NCBI RefSeq assembly: GCF_004010195.1
Contig: NC_057750.1
Coordinates: 12,679,399-12,716,590 of the forward strand
Direction: 5' to 3'
DNA: 37,192 nt
Source: Chiloscyllium plagiosum
Lineage: Eukaryota
This document shows, in pieces, positions 1 through 11,039 of this stretch. Within the stretch, counting starts at the first letter, position 1. Each line of letters begins with the position of its first letter. The notes below the pieces were generated by a model. The model ran no database searches and was not told where the DNA came from. It saw only the letters and a program-made list of their open reading frames with translations. The position numbers and the translations under genes are program-made.

Positions 1-59
1 CTGCCAGAGCATTAGCCTGGTCTGGATTAGTATTCCAGTGACATTTCCACAGCACTATC

Positions 60-590
60 TCCACATGGGGACCTGTCGGAAACCACACTGAGCAGGTTAT
101 TTCTGTGCAGCTTGACGACTCTGTCAAAAAGAACTCCCACCAACTTTACTGTCGTGATGGGACTGAAGGGGTAGTAATTGGTCAGATTGTAATTAATCCA
201 CTCGTAGGGAATGGGACATAGCTGAGTAATTTTCCACATTGCCAGGGACATGTTAGAGTTGTATCTGGAATGAAACAGCATCCCCAGGGACATGGCTTGT
301 TGTGCAGCACAAGTCTTCAGTCCTATTGCAGGAATGGGGTCAGGTCCCATTGACTTTGTCGTATCTATTGTGTTCAGCTGTTTCTTCCTCTCACATGCAG
401 CAAATCGAATTGGTTGAAGATTGGCATCTGGGATTTTGTGGGCATCATGATGAGGGTGAGGTGTATCATTGACTCAACACTTCTGACAGAGGATCGTGCA
501 GATAAAACATCCTTCTCTTTTACGCTGATGTGCAGGTCCGTTCCATTATTTAAGATGGGGATTTTTGTGGAGCCCTTTCCTCCGTCATTT
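60..590 (-). mobile_element. Old degenerate LINE ORF2 (reverse transcriptase, RT) fragment, family distinct from the CR1 nested in it; left part
   Basis: Minus-strand ORFs give GPDPIPAIGLKTCA..LF..WKITQLCP..NYYPFS (decayed GPD/WK/NYRPIS pre-RT motifs) and GSTKIPILNNG..HISVKEK. Confidence 0.75.
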
Positions 591-2552
591 AGACAATAGA
601 CAATAGACAATAGACAGTAGGTGCAGGAGTAGGCCATTCAGCCCTTCGAGCCTGCACCGCCATTCAATATAATCATGGCTGATCATTCCTAATCAGTATC
701 CTGTTCCTGCCTTATCGCCATAACCCTTGATTCCACTATCTTTGAGAGCTCTATCCAACTCCTTCTTAAGTGAATCCAGAGAGTGGGCCTCTACTGCCCT
801 CTGGGGCAGAGCATTCCACACAGCCACCACTCTCTGGGTGAAGATGTTTCTCCTGAACACTGTCCTAAATGGTCTACCCTGTATTTTTAAGCTGTGTTCT
901 CTGGTCCGGCACTCACCCATCAGTGGAAATATGTTTCCTATTGCCAGAGTGTCCAATCCTTTCATAATCTTATACGACGCAATCGGATCCCCTCTCAATC
1001 TTCGAAACTCAAGGGTATACAAACCCAGTCGCTTCAGTCTTTCAGTGTAAGGTAATCCTGCCATTCCAGGAATTGACCTCGTGAACCTACGCTGCACTCC
1101 CTCAATAGCCAGAATGTCTTTCCTCAAATTTGGAGACCAGAACTGCACACAATACTCCAGGTGTGGTCTCACCAGGGCCCTGTACAACTGCAGAAGCACC
1201 TCTTTGCTTCTATACTCAATCCCTCTTGTTATGAAGCCAGCGTGCTATTTAACCTTCTTCACTACCTGCTGTACCTGCATGATTACCTTCATTGACTGGA
1301 GTACATGAACACCCAGGTCTCTCTGTACTGCCCCTTTACCTAAATTGATCCCANNNNNNNNNNNNNNNNNNNNNNNNNNNNNNNNNNNNNNNNNNNNNNN
1401 NNNNNNNNNNNNNNNNNNNNNNNNNNNNNNNNNNNNNNNNNNNNNNNNNNNNNNNNNNNNNNNNNNNNNTTTCACCCTGCCGCCCAGCTTTGTATCATCA
1501 GCAAATTTGCTGATGTTATTGCTGATACCATCTTCTATATCATTAACATATGTTGTAAAAAGCTGTGGTCCCAGCACGGATCCCTGCGGTACCCCACTGG
1601 TCACTGCCTGCCATTCCGAAATGGAGCCGTTTATCACTACCCTTTGTTTCCTATTAGCCAACCAATTTTCAATCCAATCTAGTACTTTGCCCCCAATACC
1701 ATGCACCCTAATTTTACTCACTGACCTCCTGTGTGGGACTTTATAAAAAGCTTTCTGAAAGTCCAGGTACACTACATCTATTGGATTTCCCTCGTCCAAC
1801 TTCATAGTTACATCCTCAAAAAATTCAAGAAGATTAGTCAAGCATGATTTCCCCTTCATATATCCATACTGACTCTGTCCTATCCTGTTACTACTATCCA
1901 GATATGCCTGAATTTCATCCTTTATAATAGACTCCAGCATCTTTCCCACCACTGAGGTCAGACTAACTGGTCTATAATTACCTGCTTTCTCTCGCCCACC
2001 TTTCTTAAAAAGTGGTATAACATTAGCCACCCTCCAATCCTCAGGAACCGACCCCGAATCTATTGAACTCTGGAAAATACTCACCAACGCATCCATGATT
2101 TCCCGAGCCACCTCCTTCAGTACCCTGGGATGCAGACCATCAGGCCCCGGAGACTTATCAACCTTCAGACTTAACAGTCTCTCCAACACCAAATCCTGGC
2201 AAATATAAATTCCCTTAAGTTCAGGTCCTTCAGCCACTTTTACTTCAGGGAGATTGCTTGTGTCTTCCCAAGTGAACACAGATCTGAAGTACCCATTTAA
2301 TTCCTCTGCCATTTCTTTGTTCCTAGTAATATATTCCCCTGTTTCTGTCTTTAAGGGCCCAATTTTTGTCGTAACCATTTTTTTGCCGTGCATATACCTA
2401 AAAAAGCTTTTACTATCCTCCTTAATATTCTTGGCCAGTTTACCTTCGTACCTCATTTTTTCTTTGCGTATTTCCTTCTTAATAATCCTCTCTTGCTCTT
2501 TAAAAGCTTCCCAGTCCTCAGTTTTCCCACTTATCTTCGCTATGTTATACTT
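591..2552 (-). mobile_element. 5'-truncated CR1 (HER1-like) LINE, relatively young
   Basis: ORF2 motifs KSPGPDGLHPRVLKE, GNYRPVSLTS, YLDFQKAF, SGVPQGSVLGP, KFADDTKL, LYRALVRPHLEYCVQFW. The (CTATTGT)n 3' tail lies at about 590-617. Confidence 0.95.
693..2456 (-). pseudogene. CR1 ORF2 RT and C-terminal region, frameshifted near 1230-1250 and spanning an N gap
   Basis: ORFs 1245..2456 and 693..1199 are consecutive parts of CR1 ORF2, including the FADD catalytic motif. Confidence 0.9.
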
Positions 2553-2558
2553 TGTTAT

Positions 2559-2860
2559 ATTTGTTTAATCGTCCATCATCATTTATGACTGAATGCGGCA
2601 GAACTGGAGGGATTCGATGAGATCTGTTGGTCAAGTCCGGTAGCTTTAATGAGTTAGCATCAGGTTAAGGTTCATGTGATTCTGACTCTGACATGTTCAC
2701 CCACAATCGTCACTGAGCCATAGAAGGTGTTGATGGTAATGGCTGACTGAGGTATTATCCTGTCAAAAAGTTACAGGTTGTGGTTTAATGCATGTCTGCC
2801 TCTCCTGATGCTGTGGTCTACAGCACTACATGAATACGCAGTTTCGAGATGCAATATCTG
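2559..2860 (-). mobile_element. Continuation of the old LINE that was split by the CR1 insertion
   Basis: Joining 581-590 to 2563 onward restores a contiguous ...ccgtcatttgtttaatcgtcc... sequence. ATTT occurs at both junctions. Confidence 0.65.
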
Positions 2861-3414
2861 CAATGTAATTCTGCTGTCTGTTCCCCAATTCTCAGTGAGA
2901 CCCATTCACTCATCAGGCCTGCACTCAGTGACCTAACCTGGTTTCTATGTGGGAATACTTCAATTTTCATACTCCCATCCTGCTGAACTGTTTTGTTGTT
3001 GTGCTACCAGGCTACACGAACACCAACTAGCCACCAAAAGACATGATATCGCCATCAGAACGGTTTGAGGGCGTGCCGTACAGGATTTGGACAGATTTGA
3101 ACAGATTTGGGGTGCAAAATGTCCCAACAGATTCCATCACTTGGCAGTTAGTGACCGAGATCTTCAAAAATAACAGGTCACAAAATTCATTTAATTTTGT
3201 TTCCTTGTGGTTGGTTAAATTAAAAGAAATGGCTTTAAACATGACTAAAGAGGTTTTGAGGTTTGAAGCTGATTCACAAATTTGCTAACAAGTTTAGAAA
3301 GACAAAGGTAGGGCATACTTTTAGAATTAGCATGTAGATTCAAAGTTTGTGCGAAGATTTGTAGCTCGGGTGCTCGTTGTTGTGGTTCTATTCGCCGAGC
3401 TGGAAGTTTTTGTT

Positions 3415-3454
3415 GCAAACGTTTCGTCCCCTGGCCAGGCGACATCATCAGTGC
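3415..3454 (-). ncRNA. Minimal type I hammerhead ribozyme motif
   Basis: gca-CTGATGA-t-gtcgcctggccaggggac-GAAA-CG-TT-tgc; palindromic loopless stem III. Confidence 0.8.
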
Positions 3455-4138
3455 TTGGGAGCCTCCTGCGAAGCGCTTCTTTGATGTTTCCTCCAGTGTT
3501 TATAGTGGTCTGTCGATGTGTTTGTTGATGGAGTTTGTGGATGAATGCCATGCCTCTAGGAATTCCCTGGCTGTTCTCTGTCTGGCTTGCCCTACGATAG
3601 TAGTGTTGTCCCAGTCGAATTCATGTTGCTTGTTGTCTGCGTGTGTGGCTACTAAGGATAGCTGGTCGTGTCGTTTCGTGGCAAGTTGATGTTCATGTAT
3701 GCGGATTGTTAGCTGTCTTCCTGGTTGTCCTATATAGTGTNNNNNNNNNNNNNNNNNNNNNNNNNNNNNNNNNNNNNNNNNNNNNNNNNNNNNNNNNNNN
3801 NNNNNNNNNNNNNNNNNNNNNNNNNNNNNNNNNNNNNNNNNNNNNNNNNNNNNNNNNNNNNNNNNNNNNNNNNNNNNNNNNNNNNNNNGCAGACAACAAG
3901 CAACATGAATTCGACTGGGACAACACTACTATCATAGGGCAAGCCAGACAGAGAACAGCCAGGGAATTCCTAGAGGTATGGCATTCATCCACAAACTCCA
4001 TCAACAAACACAACGACCTGGACCCAATATACCAACCACTACAGTGGACAGCTGAAACTGACAACCAGAAGCGGCAGGGACAGACCACTATAAACACCGG
4101 CAGAAACACCAAAGAAGCGCTTCGCAGGAGGCTCCCAA

Positions 4139-4178
4139 GCACTGAAGATGTCGCTTAGCCAGGGGACGAAACGTTTGC
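4139..4178 (+). ncRNA. Minimal type I hammerhead ribozyme motif
   Basis: gca-CTGAAGA-t-gtcgcttagccaggggac-GAAA-CG-TT-tgc. Confidence 0.75.
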
Positions 4179-4653
4179 AACAAAAACTTCCAGCTCGGCG
4201 AACAGAACCACAATAACATGTAGATTAGAATTGGGTTTCACCATAATGGAGTTGATCAAGCACTTTGGTGTATCAGAGAAGCAGGCAACTGCAGTCGAGT
4301 TAGAAAAAAACTTAAATTGCAAGTGGAGCAATTGGAGTTAGAAGATAAAGAGAGAGACAGAAAGAAAGAGAGAAGATAGCGAAAGAGAAAGTGAGGAAAA
4401 AGGAAGACGGGGAGAATTTGAAATTCAGAAGTTTGGAATTAGATAAGAAAGTTAAATTAGAAGAATGAAAATGAAGGGAGAACGTGGGGATGTATACAAC
4501 TGTCTTAATATATTGCAATATTTCGGTGTGAAAAATGCCAAAACCTTTTTTATTTCATTTGCAAAATTGGCTCGGCAGATGGCGTGTCCGGTGAACACGT
4601 GGGTAATGCTCGTTCAGACTAAGATGGTTGGCACAGCTTGAGAGGTCTGTGCA

Positions 4654-5040
4654 GTGCTGTCACATGAGGGAGCAAGAGATTATGCAGATGTCAAACAGGC
4701 TATTTTGCGTGCTTATGAATTGGTACGAGAAGAATATAGACAGAGGTTCAGAAATATAGAGAAGGAACCAGGTCAGACTTATATTGAGTTTGAAAGAAAT
4801 AACCACAGTCATTTTGATAAATGTGTGGAGCCCATAAAAGTGGATAAGACCTGTGAGGCGCGATGGGAGATTATTCTGCTGGACGAGTTTCAAGACTCAC
4901 TTCCAGAGACGGTAAAAATTCATGTGAATGAACAGGAAGTTCAAGAAGTGAGAAGCGCAGCAGAAATGGCAGTTAAGTATGCATTGGTGCATGAGATGAA
5001 ATTTAGTTTCTGGGAGGATTTTCATCCTGTTGAGGGATAG
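4654..5040 (+). pseudogene. Gag capsid, SCAN-domain-like region
   Basis: YADVKQAILRAYELVREEYRQRFR...ILLDEFQDSLPE..KIHV..AAEMA resembles Gmr1-type Gag/SCAN. Confidence 0.8.
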
Positions 5041-5489
5041 AAATTGGGAGAAGGGCAGATCCTACGCTACAAAACATAGACAAAAGCACACTGGCAATAG
5101 TTTACCACCGGTGAAAAAGAAGCCCAAGGGGGTTGAAAGCTGGTGAAAGGCCTCAGGCGTTCTCACTATAACGGAGCAGAACACATAAAATTACAGTAGC
5201 GATGATTTAAGAAGGGCACTGGGAAAAGTTGTTTTCACTGCAGTAATCTGGGACACACAGTGCTGGGGGTTGAAGGAAGAAACTTTGGGAAAAGATGTGG
5301 CAAAAAGGTTTAAGCCAGTGGTATTAGTGAACCTGGTAAAGGAGACCCCAAGTAGAGCCGAGGAGCTGCAAGAGAGTGCACACCCGAGGCAGGGGCGATG
5401 TATGGAGTCAGTGCCTGATATCTATAAAGAATTTGCCTCCGTAGATAAACCTTACTAAGAAAAAATGGGGTGTGGGGGGAGGACAATAA

Positions 5490-6200
5490 GTTATAATTTT
5501 GCAAGATACGGGATCTGTTCACTAGCTAATAGTTGAGAAGCAAGGAACTGGAAAGCCACAACAGATCAGGCAGCATCCGAAGAACAGGACAATCGACATA
5601 TCAGGCATAAACCCATCGTCAGGAATGTGGCGGGGGGACAAGTGGGCTAAAAGATAAATACGAGGGTAGGAGCTGGGCTGGCTGGAGGGTCACTGGGAGG
5701 GAGATAGGAAAATGCAGGTGGGAGTGACAGTGATATGTCGGAGGGGAAGGTGGAGTAGATAGATGAGAAGGAAAATGGTCAGTTAGAACAGTTCAAAAGG
5801 GCAGTGCTAAGTTGAACGGTTGGATCTGGGATGAGGTTGGGGAGCGCAGATTTTGAAATTGGTGAAGTCAACGTTGATGCTGTATAGTTTGAGGGGTCCA
5901 AATGTCCTACCACCTATCCACTTCACCCTCGTCTCTGACNNNNNNNNNNNNNNNNNNNNNNNNNNNNNNNNNNNNNNNNNNNNNNNNNNNNNNNNNNNNN
6001 NNNNNNNNNNNNNNNNNNNNNNNNNNNNNNNNNNNNNNNNNNNNNNNNNNNNNNNNTTGGAGTGCCAAGTCAAGGTTGGGGAAGTAACAGTGAGATTGAG
6101 TGACAGGGTGTCAGTTCCAGGAATGCAGTTTATTCTTGGGAATGATTTAGCAGGATCCAAGGTGGGAGAGGCACCCTTTGTGGTGGTGAAGCTAAAATAA
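5490..6200 (+). pseudogene. Aspartic protease remnant split by a PLE insertion and a gap
   Basis: VIILQDTGS at about 5490-5516 and VPGMQFILGNDLAGSKV at about 6113-6165. Confidence 0.75.
5535..5939 (-). mobile_element. PLE 3' end with a degenerate HHR (5591-5626) and an internal inversion, inserted in the protease gene
   Basis: Same terminal sequence as the short copies at 10896, 22481, 24383 and 29731. 5897-5939 is a diverged reverse complement of about 5737-5780. Confidence 0.7.
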
Positions 6201-6329
6201 GACCAGGGAACTGGGCAAGTAAAAGAAAAATACCCAGGGATTTTGCCAGACTGTGTATAACAAGATCCCACTGTCATAAGTTACAACAGGAAGGAAAACC
6301 GAAAGAAAAAGCTAAAGGAGTTGATGCAC

Positions 6330-7283
6330 GGAAGAATCAGGCTAAAGCATTTCTAGTGGCCGGAATGCACAAGGACGTGGTTAATTTTTGTTGAACATGT
6401 CATACATTCCAAATGGTAGGTAAGTCACAGTCAATATTAAAACCAGCACCTTTGTTGCCAATTCCTGTATTCGAAGAACCTTTCACGTGGGTTATAATTA
6501 GTTGTGTAGCTCCCCTTTCCAAATTAAAGTGGAAACCAATATCTGCTGATCATAATGGATGTGTCCACCAGATTTTCAGAGGCAATTCCATTACGGAGTG
6601 TTAAGACAAAAGGGGAGGTGGAGGAGTTGGTAGCTTTCTTTACTCGCTATGGGCTACGCAGTGTGATTCAGTCAGACCAAGGGTCTCATTTTACCAATCA
6701 GCTATTTAAGGACATCTTGGATAGCTTCGGCACACTCAGTTTAAATCAATTGCATCGCATCCCGAATCCCAGGGAGTTTTGGAAAGTTGGCATCAGATGC
6801 TGAAGATGATATTAAGGGCGTACTGTCAGAATTCCCGAATGATTGGAATAAAGGTGTCTCATTATATTGTTTGCCATTACAGATGCCCCACATAAATCTA
6901 CTCACTTTACTTCCTTTGAGTTAATATTCGTATATGAAGTGAGAGGTCCTTTGAAATTAATTAACTGTAAACTGACAGGACCGAAATCGGAGATCTTACA
7001 CTTGGATTATGTATCTGAGGTGAGGGAGAAATTAGATGGAGTAGGTGAGTTAGCTAAACAGCACCTGAAGAGGACACAGCGTGGAATGAAGCAGGTGGCA
7101 GATAAAAACTCTGAAACTTTGACGATTTCCCGTGGGGGTGACGTGTTGGTATTGCCACCAGTGGTAGGAAATCCCTTCAAAGCCAGGTTTAGTGGACCCT
7201 TTCAAACTAAAAAAATGTTGAGTCATTTCAACTACCTTTTAAAGATACCGGAGATGACAAAAAAGTTAGAGTACGTCATATGA
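6330..7283 (+). pseudogene. Integrase, frameshifted, upstream of RT
   Basis: FxWPGMHKDV..CHTFQ, PLLPIPVFEEPF, MDVSTRFSEAIPLR, IQSDQGSHFT, and a GPY/F-like ARFSGPF motif. Confidence 0.9.
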
Positions 7284-7289
7284 ATGAAT

Positions 7290-8162
7290 AATGCTCCAGA
7301 CACATTTAAGACTCAGGAACAGAGTTGTGACCAGATGTACAAATTGTGTAGTTTATCTGTATGATGTAGTGTTCTTTAGCAAGTGATTGAAAGCTCACAT
7401 GTTACAGTTGGCAGAGCATGTTGAACGATTACAAGAAGCAAACTTGGTAATAAACTTAAAGAAAACAGAATTCGCGGAGGCAGAGGTGACGTTGTTGGGA
7501 CATTACATTGGCCATGGGAGGTTGGCCCCATGGAACACAAAGACGAAGGGCTTTGAGGAATTTCCACGACCATGCTCGAAGAAAGAGGTGCTTCGATTTT
7601 TGGAACTGAGTGGAATCTATCGGAAGTTTGTTCCAAACTTCAACAGCGTATTAGCATCTCTGATGGGTTCATTAAAGAAGAACACAGAATTGTGGTGGAC
7701 AGAACAATGCCAGGAGGCATTTGAGAATTTTAAAGCAGGATTAATCACCGCACCAGTTTTAGCTGAACCAAATATTTTGAAAACCTTTGAAAATTACATT
7801 TGATGCTCGGGATATAGGGCTCGGAGATGTATTGATACATTAAAATGATGATGGAATGGAATGGCCAATTAGCTACTTGCCAAAAAAACTCAATATCCGC
7901 CAGAAAAAAAATGCAACATCTCCACTATTGAAAATGAATGATTACGTTTCGCACTGGACTGACAATATTTTAATGTTTATATGATAAACAAATTGTCAGA
8001 GATGATCGTGGACAATGACAAACCTCTCGCATTTTTTTGAATATTTAAAGAACAGAATATAAGAGTATTTCATTGCAGTCTTATTTTACCGACTTTAAAC
8101 TTACAAAATGTACATACTGTGGGTCCTACAATGTGATAGCAGATGTGTTATCGCAGATTTAA
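7290..8162 (+). pseudogene. RT C-terminal half and RNase H, decayed
   Basis: VVYLYDVV (mutated YLDD), LLGHYIG, RFLELSGIYRKFVPNF, W.EQCQEAF, DARDIGLGDVL (DAS-like), NVIADVLS*. Confidence 0.85.
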
Positions 8163-8335
8163 AGGAAAAAGTTTAGATAAGATTTGACTCATTGCAATTT
8201 CAGTGATGTGTGCAAAATTAATATGTTTTGTATAGCTGAGATTAATACTTTTGTAATTCATAATAATGGGATTAAGAATTAGAGGAAAATAAATGAAGCC
8301 TTCTTTTCATCCTGCTGTTTCATGTTTTTTTTTCC

Positions 8336-8460
8336 CTGAAGTGGGGAGGTGTTATGAAGCCGAAATCATGTCCGGTCACTTTAAGACAGAACGGGTTTTG
8401 TTGAATAGAAAGTACAGCCACAGATGCCAGCTGAAGGTCGTTTATCAGAAATTGCCGCTT
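8336..8460 (+). repeat. Polypurine tract and truncated 3' LTR start
   Basis: GAAGTGGGGAGG is immediately followed by TGTTATGAAG (8350). The LTR is cut off by a CR1 fragment at about 8470. Confidence 0.7.
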
Positions 8461-8469
8461 GACCTTTAT

Positions 8470-8685
8470 CAGGTGGGGTTGTGGGTTGAGAAACGGCAAA
8501 TGGAGTTTAATATAGACGTGTGAGGTCTTGCATTTTGGAAACTCAAATCAAGGTCGGAGTTTCTTGGTGAATGGGAGGGTCTTAAGGGGTGGAGTGGGCA
8601 GAGAGACCTGGTGTTCAGTGGATGGTTCTCTAAGAGTGGAGTCACGGGTAGACAGGGCAGTGAAAAAGGCTTTTGGCACATTGGC
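8470..8685 (+). mobile_element. CR1 ORF2 fragment
   Basis: WVEKRQMEFN, HFGNSNQGR and RVDRAVKKAFGTLA motifs. Confidence 0.75.
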
Positions 8686-9022
8686 TGAGTGCTTAATCGG
8701 TAGAGCTGTGAGAGACGAAGAAATGGCGATGCTGAAACACAAGGACTGGCAGCGATCACTTATTTCCAAACGAGACATTGATAGGGTGAGAAATTCCAGA
8801 CGTCACTCAGGATTGATTGGTTTGATTTATTGCCACATGTACCTCAGTACAGGGAAACACTTTATTTATGAGCAGTGGAGGCAGATCATATTAAGCATGG
8901 CCAGGCAGATCGTAGGTTGGAAGTAGACTTCAACAGAGTAAGGCATAGAGGATACACTGAAAAGGACAAAATTAAAAATCACACAACACCAGGTTATAGT
9001 CCAACAGGTTTAATTGGAAGCA

Positions 9023-9057
9023 CACTAGCTTTCGGAGTGACGCTCCTTCATCAGGTG
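9023..9057 (-). ncRNA. Minimal type I hammerhead ribozyme motif
   Basis: cac-CTGATGA-a-ggag-cgtca-ctcc-GAAA-GC-TA-gtg; stems I and II pair fully. Confidence 0.85.
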
Positions 9058-10089
9058 ATTGCGGAGGGCTCAATCGTAACACAGAATTTATAGCAAAAAT
9101 TTGCTGTGCGATGTAACTGAAATTATACATTGAAGAATTGATTGTCTGTAAAGCCTTTCATCTGTTAGAATACAGTGATAGTTTCACTCCTTTCATGTGT
9201 AAATCACAAAACCCTTTTTTTATAAAGTTGCATTCGCGGGTTAGCTGTTAACAATGGTGATAGATAGACAATACGTTGAAGGTGTTAGCCCCCTGTGTTC
9301 TCTGTCTATGCCCTGATGTTTAGATTGATTCTAATCTAAAAAGTGCGATAACAGAATTTTACATAACTTCATGCAGTTTTTGAGCTCAGAGTTTTATATG
9401 AATGTATGCAGTTTTTGAGTAAAGTACAATGTAACTCTGCAAGTACAAAAAACTTCACGCCACAAAATATATGTGTGCATGTGGGTCTTTGTCTCTCTGT
9501 GTGTGTGTCTGTCTGTCTGAGGTAGGGGTTGTGAGTGTGAGGAAGTGTGTGTGTGTGTAGTGAGTGCAGAGTGTCTTAAGTCTGTGAGGGGGTGCATATG
9601 TGGGAGTGTATGTGTCTATAAGGGTGTGTGTGGGTGTCTGTGTGCGCGTCTGTGTGTACCTGTGTCCGTGTGTATGTGAGTGTGTGTGTGTGTAGGAATA
9701 TCTCTCTGTGTCTGTTTGTAGTGCAATGGTGATCACCTGTAATGTGACATGAACCCAAGGTCCCGGTTGAGGCCCTCCCTATGGGTACAGAACTTCGCTA
9801 TCAGCCTCTGTTCGGCCACTTTCCTCTGCTGCCTCTCCCGAAGTCAGCCTTGGAGGATGGTCACCCGAAAGTCCGAGGCTGAGTGTCCTGGACCACTGAA
9901 GTGTTCCCCCGAGAATGCAACTTTCAAAAAAAGTGTTTTGTGATTTACACATGAAAGAAGTGAAACTATCACTGTATTCTAACAGATGAAAGGCTTAACA
10001 GACAATCAATTCTTCAATGTATAATTTCAGTTACATCACACTGCAAATTTTTGCTGTAAATTCTGTGTTACGATCGAGCCTTCCACAAT

Positions 10090-10124
10090 CATCTGATGAA
10101 GTAGCGTCGCTCCGAAAGCTAGTG
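10090..10124 (+). ncRNA. Minimal type I hammerhead ribozyme motif
   Basis: cat-CTGATGA-a-gtagcgtcgctcc-GAAA-GC-TA-gtg; one stem II mismatch. Confidence 0.75.
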
Positions 10125-10350
10125 TGCTTCCAATTAAACCGGTTGGACTGTAACCTGGTGTTGTGTGATTTTTAACTTTGTACACCCCAGTCCAACACCG
10201 GCATCTCCGAATCATGAATAGGACAAGCACTAGACAAGATCAACCTGAATAAGATCAGCATTATTTGAACTTAGAGAGTCCATTCATCAGTCTAACGTGA
10301 CTTTCCTAATAGTTTATATGCCTTAATTAACTCTCCCACATGGATGAGAA

Positions 10351-10669
10351 GTCGGCACGGTGGCACAGTGGTTAGCACTGCTGCCTCACAGCGCCAGAAA
10401 CCCGGGTTCAATTCCTGCCACAGGTGACTCTCTGTGTGAAGTTGGCACATTCGCCCTGTGTCTGTGTGAGTTTCCTCCAGGTACTCCACTTTCCTCCCAC
10501 AGTCCAAAAATGTGCAGGTTAGCTGAACTGGCCAAGTTAAATTGCCCGTAGTGGTAGGTGAAGGGGTAAATGTAGGGGGATGGGTCTGTGTGGGTTGCGC
10601 TTTGGTGGGTCGGTGTGGACTTGTTGCGCCGAAGGGCCTGTTTGCACACTGTAAGTAATCTAATCTAAT
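10351..10669 (+). mobile_element. HE1-type tRNA-derived V-SINE, full length
   Basis: A box TGGCACAGTGG, B box GGTTCAATTCC, V-domain ..TTTCCTCCCACAGTCCAAA, CR1-like tail GGCCTGTTT..(TAATC)n. Confidence 0.9.
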
Positions 10670-10895
10670 TGGCATGTGAACCCGTACAGAACGTTATGTT
10701 GTTCACAATCCCCAACAGCAGCCACAATACCTTCCATCTGAAACAGCTAACCGTTCCCGCCAGATTTCGCCCAACATAGAGAACACCAGGCTGTCACCTC
10801 GGAGATGGAACATGCTTCCTTGAGACTTCACACAAGACATATGACTTCCCGTGCAGCCTCTGCTCCAGTTGTTCATCATGTTAGAGCATCAATTA

Positions 10896-11001
10896 GGAGA
10901 CAGTGAGGACTGCCCATGCTGGAGATCAGAGTAGACTGTAGTTTGCTGGAAAAGCACAGCAGGAGAGTCGACATTTTGGGCATAAGCTATTCATCAGGAT
11001 C
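10896..11001 (-). mobile_element. Short non-coding PLE-terminus insertion with a degenerate HHR
   Basis: Minus strand reads CTGATGA-atagcttatgccc-AAAA-TGTC. TSD AGCATCAATTA (10885-10895) / AGCACCAATTA (11002-11012). Confidence 0.75.
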
Positions 11002-11039
11002 AGCACCAATTACCCTATTCTGCCCCTGTGTAAGTGCAT

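Larger units (their letters stand above)
3341..4216. mobile_element. Penelope-like element, two 3' arms in inverted orientation, 10-bp TSD
   Basis: GIY-YIG C-terminus (HYIGQ.GR.LTIRIHEHQ..HEFDWDN..REFLEAWHS) on the - strand at 3515-3740 and on the + strand at 3889-4158. CATGTAGATT occurs at 3331-3340 and 4217-4226. Confidence 0.9.
3060..8460 (+). mobile_element. Decayed Gmr1-like LTR retrotransposon (Gypsy superfamily), interrupted by two PLE insertions
   Basis: Gag with a charged coiled-coil and SCAN-like capsid (4654-5040), zinc knuckles (about 5155-5265), protease DTG (about 5505), integrase (6330-7283), RT/RNase H (7290-8162), polypurine tract, and a 3' LTR starting TGTTA at 8350. Confidence 0.9.
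8970..10214. mobile_element. Penelope-like element (second family) with about 270-bp inverted arms, a GIY-YIG remnant and an internal GT-rich tract
   Basis: 8969-9242 and 9908-10178 are inverted copies. The - strand at 9730-9905 reads EHFSGPGHSASDFRVTILQ..RKVAEQRLIAKF.TH.EGLNRDLGFMSHYR. TSD TGAAAAGGACAA (8958-8969) / TGAATAGGACAA (10215-10226). Confidence 0.85.

Noticed and set aside
4654..5040. Domesticated SCAN/ZSCAN gene
   Set aside because: Embedded in a decayed retrotransposon with upstream stops and frameshifts, and no C2H2 fingers.
8969..10178. DNA transposon with long TIRs
   Set aside because: The GIY-YIG remnant, HHR motifs and asymmetric arms identify it as an inverted Penelope-like element.
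10351..10425. tRNA genes at SINE heads (also near 16391, 20590, 26320, 30271, 35613)
   Set aside because: The A and B boxes continue into a SINE body and LINE-like tail, so these are SINEs rather than tRNA genes.
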